Of a DNA stretch of 64,000 bases, positions 33,613 to 41,562 are shown piece by piece. The DNA is from Rhodanobacteraceae bacterium (GTDB taxonomy: Bacteria > Pseudomonadota > Gammaproteobacteria > Xanthomonadales > SZUA-5), in contig JANPJV010000314.1 in assembly GCA_031425695.1 (NCBI GenBank), forward strand, positions 2,293 through 66,292, given 5' to 3'. Position 1 is the stretch's first letter. The number at the start of each line of letters is the position of its first letter. A program made the position numbers and the translations under genes. A model generated the notes under the pieces. It did not search any database and was not told where the DNA came from. It saw nothing but the letters and a program-made list of their open reading frames with translations.

Positions 33613-34221
33613 ATGGATGGAACACGGGTTCGAAGTCTTTATCTGCAGGTGGCAGTCGCAATCGCGGCGCTCGGTTCCGAGCTGGGGATTGCGGGAATCA
33701 CCGGAGAGGGGCCGCGATCATTGGTATACGACGTACAGCCGCAGGGCTTTTATCGACTCGGCAAAATCGAAGAGTTCCGCGAAGAACTGTTCGCGCAGAC
33801 CGACGATCCGCTGGCGCAGCGTTTCGCGGAGGGCATGCCGGATTTCTACTTCGTCCAGGATGGCGACGAGCACGTCACGCTGACTGCCCAGCAACGCGCC
33901 CTGCAGGACTTCAACTGCAGCAACGGCAAGTTCACGATGATCGCGATTTACGGCCAAGACCCTTGGACGGCCTACGGTGAGTCGGTGGTCCAGTCGATCG
34001 ATGCGGATGGCGCAGCGGTCAACACGCGCATCCTGGTCAATGGGAAGTGCGTGGGCTTCTTTGCCGACGACACTGCGGCGCGCGGCCGCTGGCCGGCGAC
34101 CATCAATCCCAAGGCTGCCGATGCGGGCAAAGTGGCGCGAGCTGCCTACCAGCGGTTTCGGCAGAGTAATCGGGCAAGCGCGGAACCGATGCCGGCGGGG
34201 TGGGCGGGAACGCCAAACTGA
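33613..34221 (+). CDS. hypothetical protein (occupies the Mu G position but is unlike G)
   Basis: 202 aa from ATG 33613 with an AGGAG Shine-Dalgarno. Confidence 0.6.
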   Translation: MDGTRVRSLYLQVAVAIAALGSELGIAGITGEGPRSLVYDVQPQGFYRLGKIEEFREELFAQTDDPLAQRFAEGMPDFYFVQDGDEHVTLTAQQRALQDFNCSNGKFTMIAIYGQDPWTAYGESVVQSIDADGAAVNTRILVNGKCVGFFADDTAARGRWPATINPKAADAGKVARAAYQRFRQSNRASAEPMPAGWAGTPN

Positions 34222-34299
34222 CGTCCTCTTGGCGACCAGGCTGCGCGGCTTGGTCGCCGTGGCGATTAGAATCGTGCTCCCGACCGAGGAGCACATCCA

Positions 34300-34707
34300 A
34301 TGGGATCCATCTTCAAATCTGCTGAAGCAGAGTATTTAGAGACGAAAGCAAAGTCGGAGCAGCGGCGGCAGCAGAATGAAATCAAAGGGAGGCAGTACAT
34401 CGCCGTCATTGCGAACCTGCTTCGTCACGAACACGAATTCGTAAAGGCGCGACATTCGAACTCGAAAGTGGAGGCAAACGAGCTCCAATGCACGCTTTCA
34501 ATAGCAACTTCCAGTAGTCGCGATGCTCATTCGAAATTCTCGGCGTGGTTTGATGCAAGCCAAGAGCAGATGGAACTGACGGCTGTAGTTCCGCCAGCAA
34601 AGTTTGATCGGACGTGGACGATTGGGGTCAAGGACTACAAGGGGACGGAAGCAGAGGAGCTGCTCCGCGAGTTCGCCCTTGCCTATGCCGGATTCGTGCA
34701 CGGCTAG
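34300..34707 (+). CDS. low-GC moron protein, unknown function (anti-defence candidate)
   Basis: 135 aa with a GAGGAG Shine-Dalgarno. Composition is clearly AT-richer than its neighbours. Bracketed by a hairpin (34231-34258) upstream and late-promoter dyad copy 2 downstream. Confidence 0.65.
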   Translation: MGSIFKSAEAEYLETKAKSEQRRQQNEIKGRQYIAVIANLLRHEHEFVKARHSNSKVEANELQCTLSIATSSSRDAHSKFSAWFDASQEQMELTAVVPPAKFDRTWTIGVKDYKGTEAEELLREFALAYAGFVHG

Positions 34708-34759
34708 CTCTTTGACGCGCGTCACAAGACCCAACCCAAGGACCTGCTGCAACCTGCAC
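34708..34759 (+). promoter_or_regulatory. putative Mor/C-dependent late promoter (dyad copy 2) upstream of the head/tail operon
   Basis: CTCTTTGACGCGCGTCACAAGACCC...CAACCTGCAC. Perfect palindrome TGACGCGCGTCA at 34713-34724 and a -10-like CAACCT at 34750-34755. Confidence 0.5.
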
Positions 34760-34790
34760 GCTGACAAGAAGTTCACCCTTCGAGTACAGC

Positions 34791-35231
34791 GTGATGACAA
34801 AGCAGACTTCGCCCGCGGCATCGAAAGCAGCCCGCGTGCAACCAGTCCGGCCGGTTGGGGCCGAAACGCAACCCGGAGCTGGCTCGCCGCCGGCTCCGGG
34901 CTCTGCCAACCCGAATAACAGCGCCCACGGCGCGAGCCAGCCGGGTGATGCAAAGACCGGCACCACGGACCGTCCCACCGGTGGGGAGCCACCGGTGGGC
35001 GCGTCCAGCGACGCGGACAAGGCAGCCCCGAAAGCCCCCGCCTCACACAAGCTGACCAAGCACCGCGACGCGGTCAACGCTGACGTTCCCGCGGCCGTGT
35101 ACGACGCCGCCTGCAAGCTGCGCCCCGGCCTCACCGATGTGCTCGCGGCGCGCAAGTACTCCGATCACTGGGTGCTGGTAGGCATGACGGCGAACTGGGC
35201 CGGCAAGGTCGAGGTGCCGCATGGCCCGTAA
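34791..35231 (+). CDS. hypothetical protein with Pro/Gly/Ala-rich N-terminal half
   Basis: 146 aa (GTG 34791 or ATG 34794). First gene after dyad copy 2. Overlaps the next gene by 11 nt. Confidence 0.55.
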   Translation: MMTKQTSPAASKAARVQPVRPVGAETQPGAGSPPAPGSANPNNSAHGASQPGDAKTGTTDRPTGGEPPVGASSDADKAAPKAPASHKLTKHRDAVNADVPAAVYDAACKLRPGLTDVLAARKYSDHWVLVGMTANWAGKVEVPHGP

Positions 35232-37518
35232 GTCGCTGATGGCGACCGCGATCATGGCGGGGCTCGCATTTGCCGGGCGCTTCGTCGAAGCCGACGGCGA
35301 CACCGAGGGCCACTTGGTTGAGGGCTCGCTGTCGTTCGACCAGACGTCGAACCTGCTGCAGGCAGCGCTGCGCCGTCACTACGGCCTCGGCCAAGCCGAG
35401 TGGATCTATCCCGATTCGATCTACGCCGACCGCGTCATCGTGCGTCGGGACGGCAAGCTAATCGAGTTCCCCTATTCGATCGCGGCCAACAACGAGATCA
35501 CGCTCGGTGCGGCTCGCGAAGTGGTCATGGAGCCGGTGCCGATCTCCGGGCAGCTGGTTGAAGCGGTGAGGAGTGCCGATGACCAGGCGCCGACCAATCG
35601 CTTCGTGATCCGCGTCATTCGCAGCGGGCTCAGCCGCAACGGCGTGGACTACCCCGCGGCGGTGCTGCGTGAGTCGGCTCCGCTGTTTGACCGTGCGCGC
35701 GTCTGCGCTGTCAGCGACGAGGAGCACATCCGGGACCTGCCCGCCAAACGCGACGCCGGCAAGATCATCGGCCGGTTAAGCAAGCCGCGGTTCGTCGAGT
35801 CCGGTACCGGTGGCGAACTCCTCGCCGACCTGGTCGTGATCGACAGCGGCTGGGCAGACCGTTTCCGCGAGGCGATCTCGGCCGGCGCGGCTGACCTTTT
35901 CGGCTTCTCGATCGACGCATCCGGTACCTGGAAAAAGGCCGGACGTTTCCGCGAGGCCACCGCGATCAACAAGGTCGCATCCGTCGACGTCGTGTCCGAA
36001 CCGGGCGCTGGCGGTCAACTCATTCGCCTCGTCGAGGCCGTCAACCCCGCATCCCGTCACCAGGAGTCGATCATGAATCGAGCGCAAATGCTTGCGCTGT
36101 TGCAGAAGATGAACCCGAACCGGGCGGCGGCGCTTGCCGATGCGTCCGATGCGGAAGTTGCGGGCGCGTTCCGTGAAGCGTGCGAGCACGCTGCTCAGAC
36201 CAATGGGAACGGCGTAACCGCTGATGCCGTGGCCGAGCAGATCCGCATGGTGGAGGCGCGCGTCACCGCGCGAACCACGATCGCGGGCAGCGGCCTGCCG
36301 GCGCCGGCCGTCGAGCGCCTCCAGGCTGACTTCAACGGTCGCGCCAGCTTCGTCGAGGCCGACGTGACCGCGGCGATCACCGCCGAGCGTGCCTACCTGG
36401 GCCGCTTCGTCGAAACCCCGATCACCGGTCTCGGTGGCGGCTCGGTCGTGGCTGGCCAGGATCGTTCGGAAAAGGTACGCGAGCAGCTCGACCACCTGTT
36501 CGATCCCGCGCGCCGCGCCGGCTCGTTCCGCGAGGCCTACGCCGATATCACCGGCGACCGCGCGGTCACCGGCCTGCTCGCCAACTGCAACCGCACACGC
36601 CTGGCCGAAGCCCTCGGTGGCGGCCGGTTCGTGGAAGCGGTGTCGGCTGCGACTTTTGCCGAAATCCTCGGTGACTCGATCACCCGCGCGATGGTTCGCG
36701 ACTACAACCTGTCGAACATGTGGGATGACTGGCGGGTGCTGTGCGACGTCGTGCCCGTGAACGATTTTCGCACCCAGCGTCGCACCCGCATGGGCGGCTA
36801 CGGCAACCTCCCGGCTGTCGCCGAGAACGGCGCCTATGCGGCACTGACCACGCCGGGCGATGAAGAGGCGACCTACGCGGCCACCAAGCGTGGCGGCACG
36901 GAGACGATCTCGATCGAGGCGATCGCCAACGATGACGTCGGCGCCATTCGCCGCATCCCGAGCAAGCTGGCACAGGCGGCGAAGCAGACGCTGTATCGCT
37001 TCGTGCTCGATTTTCTGGCCACGAACGCGGCGATCTACGACACGGTCGCTCTGGCGCATGCCACGCACAACAACCTCGGGGCGACGGCGCTCAGCGCTGC
37101 AACCTTCGCGGCGGCGCGCTTGGCGATGCTGCAGCAGGTCGAGGCCGGCAGCACCGAGCGCATTGGGCTGGTGGCACGCCACCTGTTCATCCCGACCAAC
37201 CTCGAAGAAACGGCGTTCGACCTTTTCGTCCGCAACACCAACAACGACGAGACCTTCGTCCAGTCGCGCAAGCCCACGGCCCATGTCGTGCCGTACTGGA
37301 CCGACGCCAACAACTGGTGGGTCACCGCAGACAAGGCCGACGTCCCGCTGATCGAGTTGGGCTTCTACGGCGGCCGAGAGGAACCGGAGCTGTTCGTGCA
37401 GGACAACCCGACCCAGGGCAGCCTGTTCTCCAACGACCAGCTGAAATACAAGATGCGCCACATTTACGGCGGCGCAGTGAAGGATTACCGCGGCTTCTAC
37501 GGCGCCGTGGTCGCCTGA
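35221..37518 (+). CDS. prohead protease - scaffold - major capsid protein fusion
   Basis: 765 aa. The N-terminal third has HK97-type prohead protease features (SDEEHIRD...GKIIGRL...LFGFSIDASG). The middle is a helical Ala/Glu-rich linker. The C-terminal ~330 aa resemble an HK97-fold/Mu gpT-like capsid protein. An in-frame internal ATG at 36073 has a CAGGAG Shine-Dalgarno. Confidence 0.75.
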   Translation: MARKSLMATAIMAGLAFAGRFVEADGDTEGHLVEGSLSFDQTSNLLQAALRRHYGLGQAEWIYPDSIYADRVIVRRDGKLIEFPYSIAANNEITLGAAREVVMEPVPISGQLVEAVRSADDQAPTNRFVIRVIRSGLSRNGVDYPAAVLRESAPLFDRARVCAVSDEEHIRDLPAKRDAGKIIGRLSKPRFVESGTGGELLADLVVIDSGWADRFREAISAGAADLFGFSIDASGTWKKAGRFREATAINKVASVDVVSEPGAGGQLIRLVEAVNPASRHQESIMNRAQMLALLQKMNPNRAAALADASDAEVAGAFREACEHAAQTNGNGVTADAVAEQIRMVEARVTARTTIAGSGLPAPAVERLQADFNGRASFVEADVTAAITAERAYLGRFVETPITGLGGGSVVAGQDRSEKVREQLDHLFDPARRAGSFREAYADITGDRAVTGLLANCNRTRLAEALGGGRFVEAVSAATFAEILGDSITRAMVRDYNLSNMWDDWRVLCDVVPVNDFRTQRRTRMGGYGNLPAVAENGAYAALTTPGDEEATYAATKRGGTETISIEAIANDDVGAIRRIPSKLAQAAKQTLYRFVLDFLATNAAIYDTVALAHATHNNLGATALSAATFAAARLAMLQQVEAGSTERIGLVARHLFIPTNLEETAFDLFVRNTNNDETFVQSRKPTAHVVPYWTDANNWWVTADKADVPLIELGFYGGREEPELFVQDNPTQGSLFSNDQLKYKMRHIYGGAVKDYRGFYGAVVA

Positions 37519-37565
37519 TCTGACTGGCTGAGCTTCCGAACAACCAGCGAGCGAGCGGCAAGCCA

Positions 37566-37589
37566 AGGCGCCCCAGGGATGGGGCGCCT
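37566..37589 (+). terminator. GC-rich hairpin after the capsid gene (attenuator/terminator candidate)
   Basis: AGGCGCCCC-aggga t-GGGGCGCCT: a 9-bp stem with no T-run. Confidence 0.35.
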
Positions 37590-37611
37590 GGTCACTGACA
37601 GAGGGAACGTA

Positions 37612-37728
37612 ATGGGCTTCTGGCTGACCGTGTCGCACCTGGTGCTCGCTGCTGTGGTCCTCGGGCTGCTGTTGATTGCCCGCTGGAACATCAAGCGCCG
37701 TGGCGGCAGTTGCGGCTCTGGCTACTGA
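37612..37728 (+). CDS. 38-aa single-TM micro-protein
   Basis: Below the track cutoff. GAGGGA Shine-Dalgarno. MGFWLTVSHLVLAAVVLGLLLIARWNIKRRGGSCGSGY. Ends 3 nt before the next gene. Confidence 0.4.
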   Translation: MGFWLTVSHLVLAAVVLGLLLIARWNIKRRGGSCGSGY

Positions 37729-37731
37729 CCC

Positions 37732-38397
37732 ATGTCCCTCGCCGCCTACCAAGATTTGATTGCCGACCTGGTGCGGGACCGCGAGTCCCGGATCTCGACG
37801 GCGCAGCTCAGCGCTGCGCTACAGCGCGCCGTGCTCCGTTACTCCGATCACCGGCCGCTGGTGTTGGTCGAAGACGTCACGAGCGCGGGCGGGCGACGCC
37901 TGGCGCTGCCGTCCGAGTGGCAGGCTGGCCGCAGCCAGGTCGTTTCACTCGAATACCCCGCAGGCGATGTGCCGGCCACCTACATCGAGCCGGGCACGTA
38001 CCTGATCTATCAAGGGCCGTCGTCATCCGAGCTGGAGCTCGAATACTCGCTCAGCGCTGGCGAAGAGGTGCGGGTCAGCTATGGCCGCGCGCACACGCTC
38101 GACGACGACACCGACACCATCCCGGATCGCGACGCGCCCGCCGTAGCCGCACTCGCAGCGAGCGATCTGTGCGGCCAGATGGCGCGTTACTACGGCCAGG
38201 AAAGCGAGTCCTCGATCTCCGCTGATGCGGTCGACCGCAAGAGCAAGGCTGAGACCTACCGAATGTTCGAGCGCGATCTGCGTGCTCGCTACTTCACGCA
38301 CATCGGCATCTCCGATCGCGACACGCAGGCGGCTGGCGTCGTCGTCGCGCCTGCGCGGCCTGCCGAGCGCACCCGCATTTTCGGGCGGCGCCGGTGA
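37732..38397 (+). CDS. hypothetical head-completion/connector protein
   Basis: 221 aa, positioned after the capsid gene, with an ATGA overlap downstream. Confidence 0.6.
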   Translation: MSLAAYQDLIADLVRDRESRISTAQLSAALQRAVLRYSDHRPLVLVEDVTSAGGRRLALPSEWQAGRSQVVSLEYPAGDVPATYIEPGTYLIYQGPSSSELELEYSLSAGEEVRVSYGRAHTLDDDTDTIPDRDAPAVAALAASDLCGQMARYYGQESESSISADAVDRKSKAETYRMFERDLRARYFTHIGISDRDTQAAGVVVAPARPAERTRIFGRRR

Positions 38398-38900
38398 ACC
38401 TCTACATCGACTTCTCGCCCCTTGACCTCGGCATCCGGGTCCTCGGTGCCGGTGCCCGCGCCCGACTGCCTGCTGAGCTGGAGATTGCCGCGATCGAAGG
38501 CATGTTGTTGCTGCAGGGCGAACTGATGCAGGCATTGCCCAAAGGTGCGGGTGGTGTCGGTGGTGGTTCCGGCCTGGCCGCGAGCGTGAGCTACGGAGTC
38601 GAGCGGACCGCTTCGGGCGCCGTCGGCGAAATTGGTTCGCCGCTCGAGTACGCCGAGCACGTCGAGTTCGGCACGCGACCACACTTCCCGCCCATCCAGC
38701 CGCTGCAAGACTGGGTCGAGGTAAAGCTCGGGCTGCGTGGTGCCGAGGCGCGCTCCGTCGCACACGCGATCGCGGTCACGATCGGTCGCCGCGGCACTGC
38801 CGCCCAGCCGGTCTGGGAGCCGACGTTCACCCGGTGCCAACCAATGCTTCGCGCCAAAGTCAATGCGGCAATCGACCGCGCTGTGGAGGCCTTGCCGTGA
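38394..38900 (+). CDS. HK97 gp10-family head-tail joining protein
   Basis: 168 aa with the family motif PLEYAEHVEFGTRPHFPP. Confidence 0.65.
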   Translation: MNLYIDFSPLDLGIRVLGAGARARLPAELEIAAIEGMLLLQGELMQALPKGAGGVGGGSGLAASVSYGVERTASGAVGEIGSPLEYAEHVEFGTRPHFPPIQPLQDWVEVKLGLRGAEARSVAHAIAVTIGRRGTAAQPVWEPTFTRCQPMLRAKVNAAIDRAVEALP

Positions 38901-39385
38901 GCCTGAGCCTCTCTGCCGTGCGCGATGCAATTGTGGCCAAGCTGCGCGGCATTCCCGGAATCGGCCCGGTCAGCGCTTTCGAGCCGCTCGGAAAAGACCT
39001 GGCCGCGTTGAAAAAGTATTACGTGGCAGCCGGTTCCGGCGTGCTCCGCGGCTGGTACCTGCGCCGCATGGCAACTGCCGAAGTGGGCGAAATCTACGAG
39101 CGGTCGGCCGACTACACGACCTGGCGCATCCAGGGCTATGTCGCCGTCAGTGGCGATGGCGCCTCCGAGCTCGATGCGCAGGAACTGGTCGAGACGATCC
39201 GCCAGGCCTTCCGAGAGGACTACAACCTCGGCGGCGTGGTTGCCTCGCAATCGGCATCCAGTCGCGGCGGCGAGATCCACGTGCAGCTGCGCGAATTCAC
39301 CACTGTCATGTTCTGCGAAGTGCTCTGTCACTCCATACGCCTGGAGCTGAGCACGGAGCGCCATTTGGAAATCGAGGAGCCCTGA
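38897..39385 (+). CDS. hypothetical tail-completion protein
   Basis: 162 aa from GTG 38897 (GTGA overlap), inside track ORF 38834..39385. Confidence 0.55.
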   Translation: MSLSLSAVRDAIVAKLRGIPGIGPVSAFEPLGKDLAALKKYYVAAGSGVLRGWYLRRMATAEVGEIYERSADYTTWRIQGYVAVSGDGASELDAQELVETIRQAFREDYNLGGVVASQSASSRGGEIHVQLREFTTVMFCEVLCHSIRLELSTERHLEIEEP

Positions 39386-39387
39386 AA

Positions 39388-39654
39388 ATGCGTGTCGTCA
39401 ACGACAAAAACGGCAACTACGTGCGCACCGAAAACGTAACCGCGCCGCCTCCGGCGAGCGGCATGTTCTGCGCTCGCGATGAACACGGAGTGCCGGTGGC
39501 GCTCGCTGCCCGCCAGCACGAGCAGCAGCTTGCGGCCGAGCGGGCCGAGGCCGCCACCAAGAAGGAAGCCCGCCGCGCCGCGCGCGACAAGTCGGTCGAG
39601 GTCGCAAAGCCGGGCGACGCGCCGGCCGCGGCAACCGACCAGCCCAAGGAGTAA
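39388..39654 (+). CDS. hypothetical protein
   Basis: 88 aa from ATG 39388 (MRVVNDKNGNYVRTENV...), in the frame of track ORF 38737..39654. Confidence 0.5.
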   Translation: MRVVNDKNGNYVRTENVTAPPPASGMFCARDEHGVPVALAARQHEQQLAAERAEAATKKEARRAARDKSVEVAKPGDAPAAATDQPKE

Positions 39655-39661
39655 CTGAGCC

Positions 39662-40612
39662 ATGTCGTTGTCTGCCAAGAAAGTCTTGCTCGCGGCCAAA
39701 GTCGAGGCCGCCTATGGCGTCGCCGAAACTCTGGCTGGCGCGAATGCGGTGCTTACCCGCGATCTGGAAATCATGCCGTTTGAGGGTGAGGCGCTCGATC
39801 GAGAGCTGGACCGCCCCCAGTTCGGTGCCTCCGATCGAATCCACGTCGGGCTGCACGTGCGGATCAAGTTCAAGGTCGAGCTGGTGGGATCGGGCACGCT
39901 CGGTACCGCCCCGGCCTTCGGTGATCTGCTGCAGGGATGCCGCTTGCTTGAAACCATCGTCGCGGTGACAAGTGTCGAATACAAGCCGCTCTCCAGCGAC
40001 ACCACAAGCGTGACGATGAAGTTCAATATGGATGGCATCGACCACCTGGTGGTCGGCGCGGTTGGCAACGTCATGATCGAGCTCGACGCCAACCAGATCC
40101 CGTACCTGAATTTCGATTTCATCGGGATCTACGCCGACCCGACCGCGACGGCAGCGCTCAACCCGGCTGCCGGGTGGGCGAACTATGTCCGGCCAGAGCC
40201 GATTGGCTTCGCCGCCACCACCGCGATGTCGTTCTACGGGATCACGACTGGTTGGAACCTGCGCAACTTCAAGCTGGATGTCGGCAACGACGTGCAGTAC
40301 TTCGAAGGGCCGGGCGAGCAGCTCGTCGACCTGGTCGATCGCGACGGCAAGGGCAGCCTGGTGATGCTCCAGCGCGCAGTCGGCACGTTCAACCAGTTCA
40401 CCCAGGCGCGCACCAACACCCTCGGGGCGCTGCTGATCACACACGGTACGGTTGCCGCCAATCGTTGGCACCTGTCGGCGCCGACGGTCCAGATCCTGCA
40501 GCCGAAGTACGGCGACGACCGCAACCGGGCAACGATGAACGTTGACCTGGCGTTCGTGCCGACCAGCACCGGCGACGACGAGTTCAAGTTGCGGTTCGCA
40601 TCGGCAGCCTGA
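39662..40612 (+). CDS. major tail tube protein (siphovirus type)
   Basis: 316 aa. Lies immediately upstream of the chaperone pair and the tape measure and is followed by a strong hairpin. Confidence 0.65.
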   Translation: MSLSAKKVLLAAKVEAAYGVAETLAGANAVLTRDLEIMPFEGEALDRELDRPQFGASDRIHVGLHVRIKFKVELVGSGTLGTAPAFGDLLQGCRLLETIVAVTSVEYKPLSSDTTSVTMKFNMDGIDHLVVGAVGNVMIELDANQIPYLNFDFIGIYADPTATAALNPAAGWANYVRPEPIGFAATTAMSFYGITTGWNLRNFKLDVGNDVQYFEGPGEQLVDLVDRDGKGSLVMLQRAVGTFNQFTQARTNTLGALLITHGTVAANRWHLSAPTVQILQPKYGDDRNRATMNVDLAFVPTSTGDDEFKLRFASAA

Positions 40613-40636
40613 TCGCTGGCTGACCTGTCACCACGG

Positions 40637-40656
40637 GCGCCGTCGATCGACGGCGC
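40637..40656 (+). terminator. 20-bp perfect palindrome GCGCCGTCGATCGACGGCGC after the tail tube gene
   Basis: Perfect 10+10 palindrome followed by TCGCGTTTCC. It shares the GCGCCGTCG arm with the palindromes at 7755 and 50217. Confidence 0.45.
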
Positions 40657-40696
40657 TCGCGTTTCCACCAACCGAAACCTGTAGGAACCCCCAACC

Positions 40697-41128
40697 ATGA
40701 GCACCAAGAGTAAGAGGACCGGGCCGATTCCATTCGTCCTGGACACTGAAACGACCTTCAAGTGGCCGGTGACCGTACTGGTGCCGTCGGCCACCAACGT
40801 CGGCCAGAAGGTCAAGATGAAGTTCGAGGCCGAGTTCGTGCACGTGTCCCAGGAGCGGCGCCTGGAGCTGATGACCGAGCACCGCGAGGCCATGAAGGAA
40901 ATCGCCACCTCGTCGCCCGAGGAACAGATGGAAGGCCTCTTCAGCATCGCGCAGCGTGTCCTGGACGAGGTGTTTGTCGGTGCGACCGGGATCCTGAATC
41001 GCGACAGGCAGCCGGTCGAATTCTCCGATGAGACCAAGAAGGCCCTGATCCAGCACCAGATGGTCTACCCAGCCATTTTCGAGGCCTACAACTCTGCGAT
41101 CCGGCAGCAGGAGCCGCGGGGAAACTAA
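40697..41128 (+). CDS. tail assembly chaperone (G-like, zero-frame product)
   Basis: 143 aa, directly upstream of the tape measure. Ends ...EPRGN-TAA, with the slippery heptamer at its last codons. Confidence 0.75.
   Translation: MSTKSKRTGPIPFVLDTETTFKWPVTVLVPSATNVGQKVKMKFEAEFVHVSQERRLELMTEHREAMKEIATSSPEEQMEGLFSIAQRVLDEVFVGATGILNRDRQPVEFSDETKKALIQHQMVYPAIFEAYNSAIRQQEPRGN
41119..41125 (+). promoter_or_regulatory. programmed -1 ribosomal frameshift site G GGA AAC
   Basis: Canonical X XXY YYZ heptamer in the zero frame (cgG GGA AAC taa). The -1 frame is open from 41032 and continues GKLIELAYVWASQEEVPSCDEDLRAMQEGG... to 41562. Confidence 0.7.
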
Positions 41129-41562
41129 TCGAGCTCGCCTACGTCTGGGCGAGCCAGGAGGAGGTTCCGAGCTGCGATGAAGATCTGCGAGCAATGCAAG
41201 AGGGCGGCGCCGACGAGAAAACCCTCGCTCGGTACCGCACGCAGTTCGAAGAGCAGGTCGCGGCGCTCTGGATCTCTGCCGTGTACCGCAACGGCGCCTG
41301 GCGCTCAGCAGCTGGCGAGCTGCTTGCGATCGATGTCCTTCCCGAAAACCTGTTGGCCTGGGCCGTGTTTCGTTGCTGCCAGAGCCAGTGGGACATGCCG
41401 GGCGGCTTCAGCGGGAAATGCGGGCTGCCCTGGACCGAAGTCGAGGCGGCCATGCGGATGATGGAGATCCCACGCTCGATGAGGTTTCAGGTCTTTATCG
41501 GGGTTCGCGTGCTGGTTGAGCACGCGCGAGTCAAGCTGATCGAGCGGATGCCCAAGAAGTGA
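41119..41562 (+). CDS. T-extension of the tail assembly chaperone (DUF1799-like), expressed as a G-T fusion by -1 frameshift
   Basis: The track shows only ATG 41194..41562, but the frame is open upstream to 41032 and joins the G frame at the slippery site. Overlaps the tape-measure start (41559). Confidence 0.65.
   Translation, partial: GKLIELAYVWASQEEVPSCDEDLRAMQEGGADEKTLARYRTQFEEQVAALWISAVYRNGAWRSAAGELLAIDVLPENLLAWAVFRCCQSQWDMPGGFSGKCGLPWTEVEAAMRMMEIPRSMRFQVFIGVRVLVEHARVKLIERMPKK

Noticed and set aside
41194-41562. Stand-alone ATG start for the DUF1799-like ORF, as given in the track.
   Set aside because: The frame is open 160 nt further upstream with protein-like sequence. It joins the preceding chaperone frame at a canonical GGGAAAC slippery site, so a frameshift fusion is the better model. 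An additional internal start cannot be excluded.
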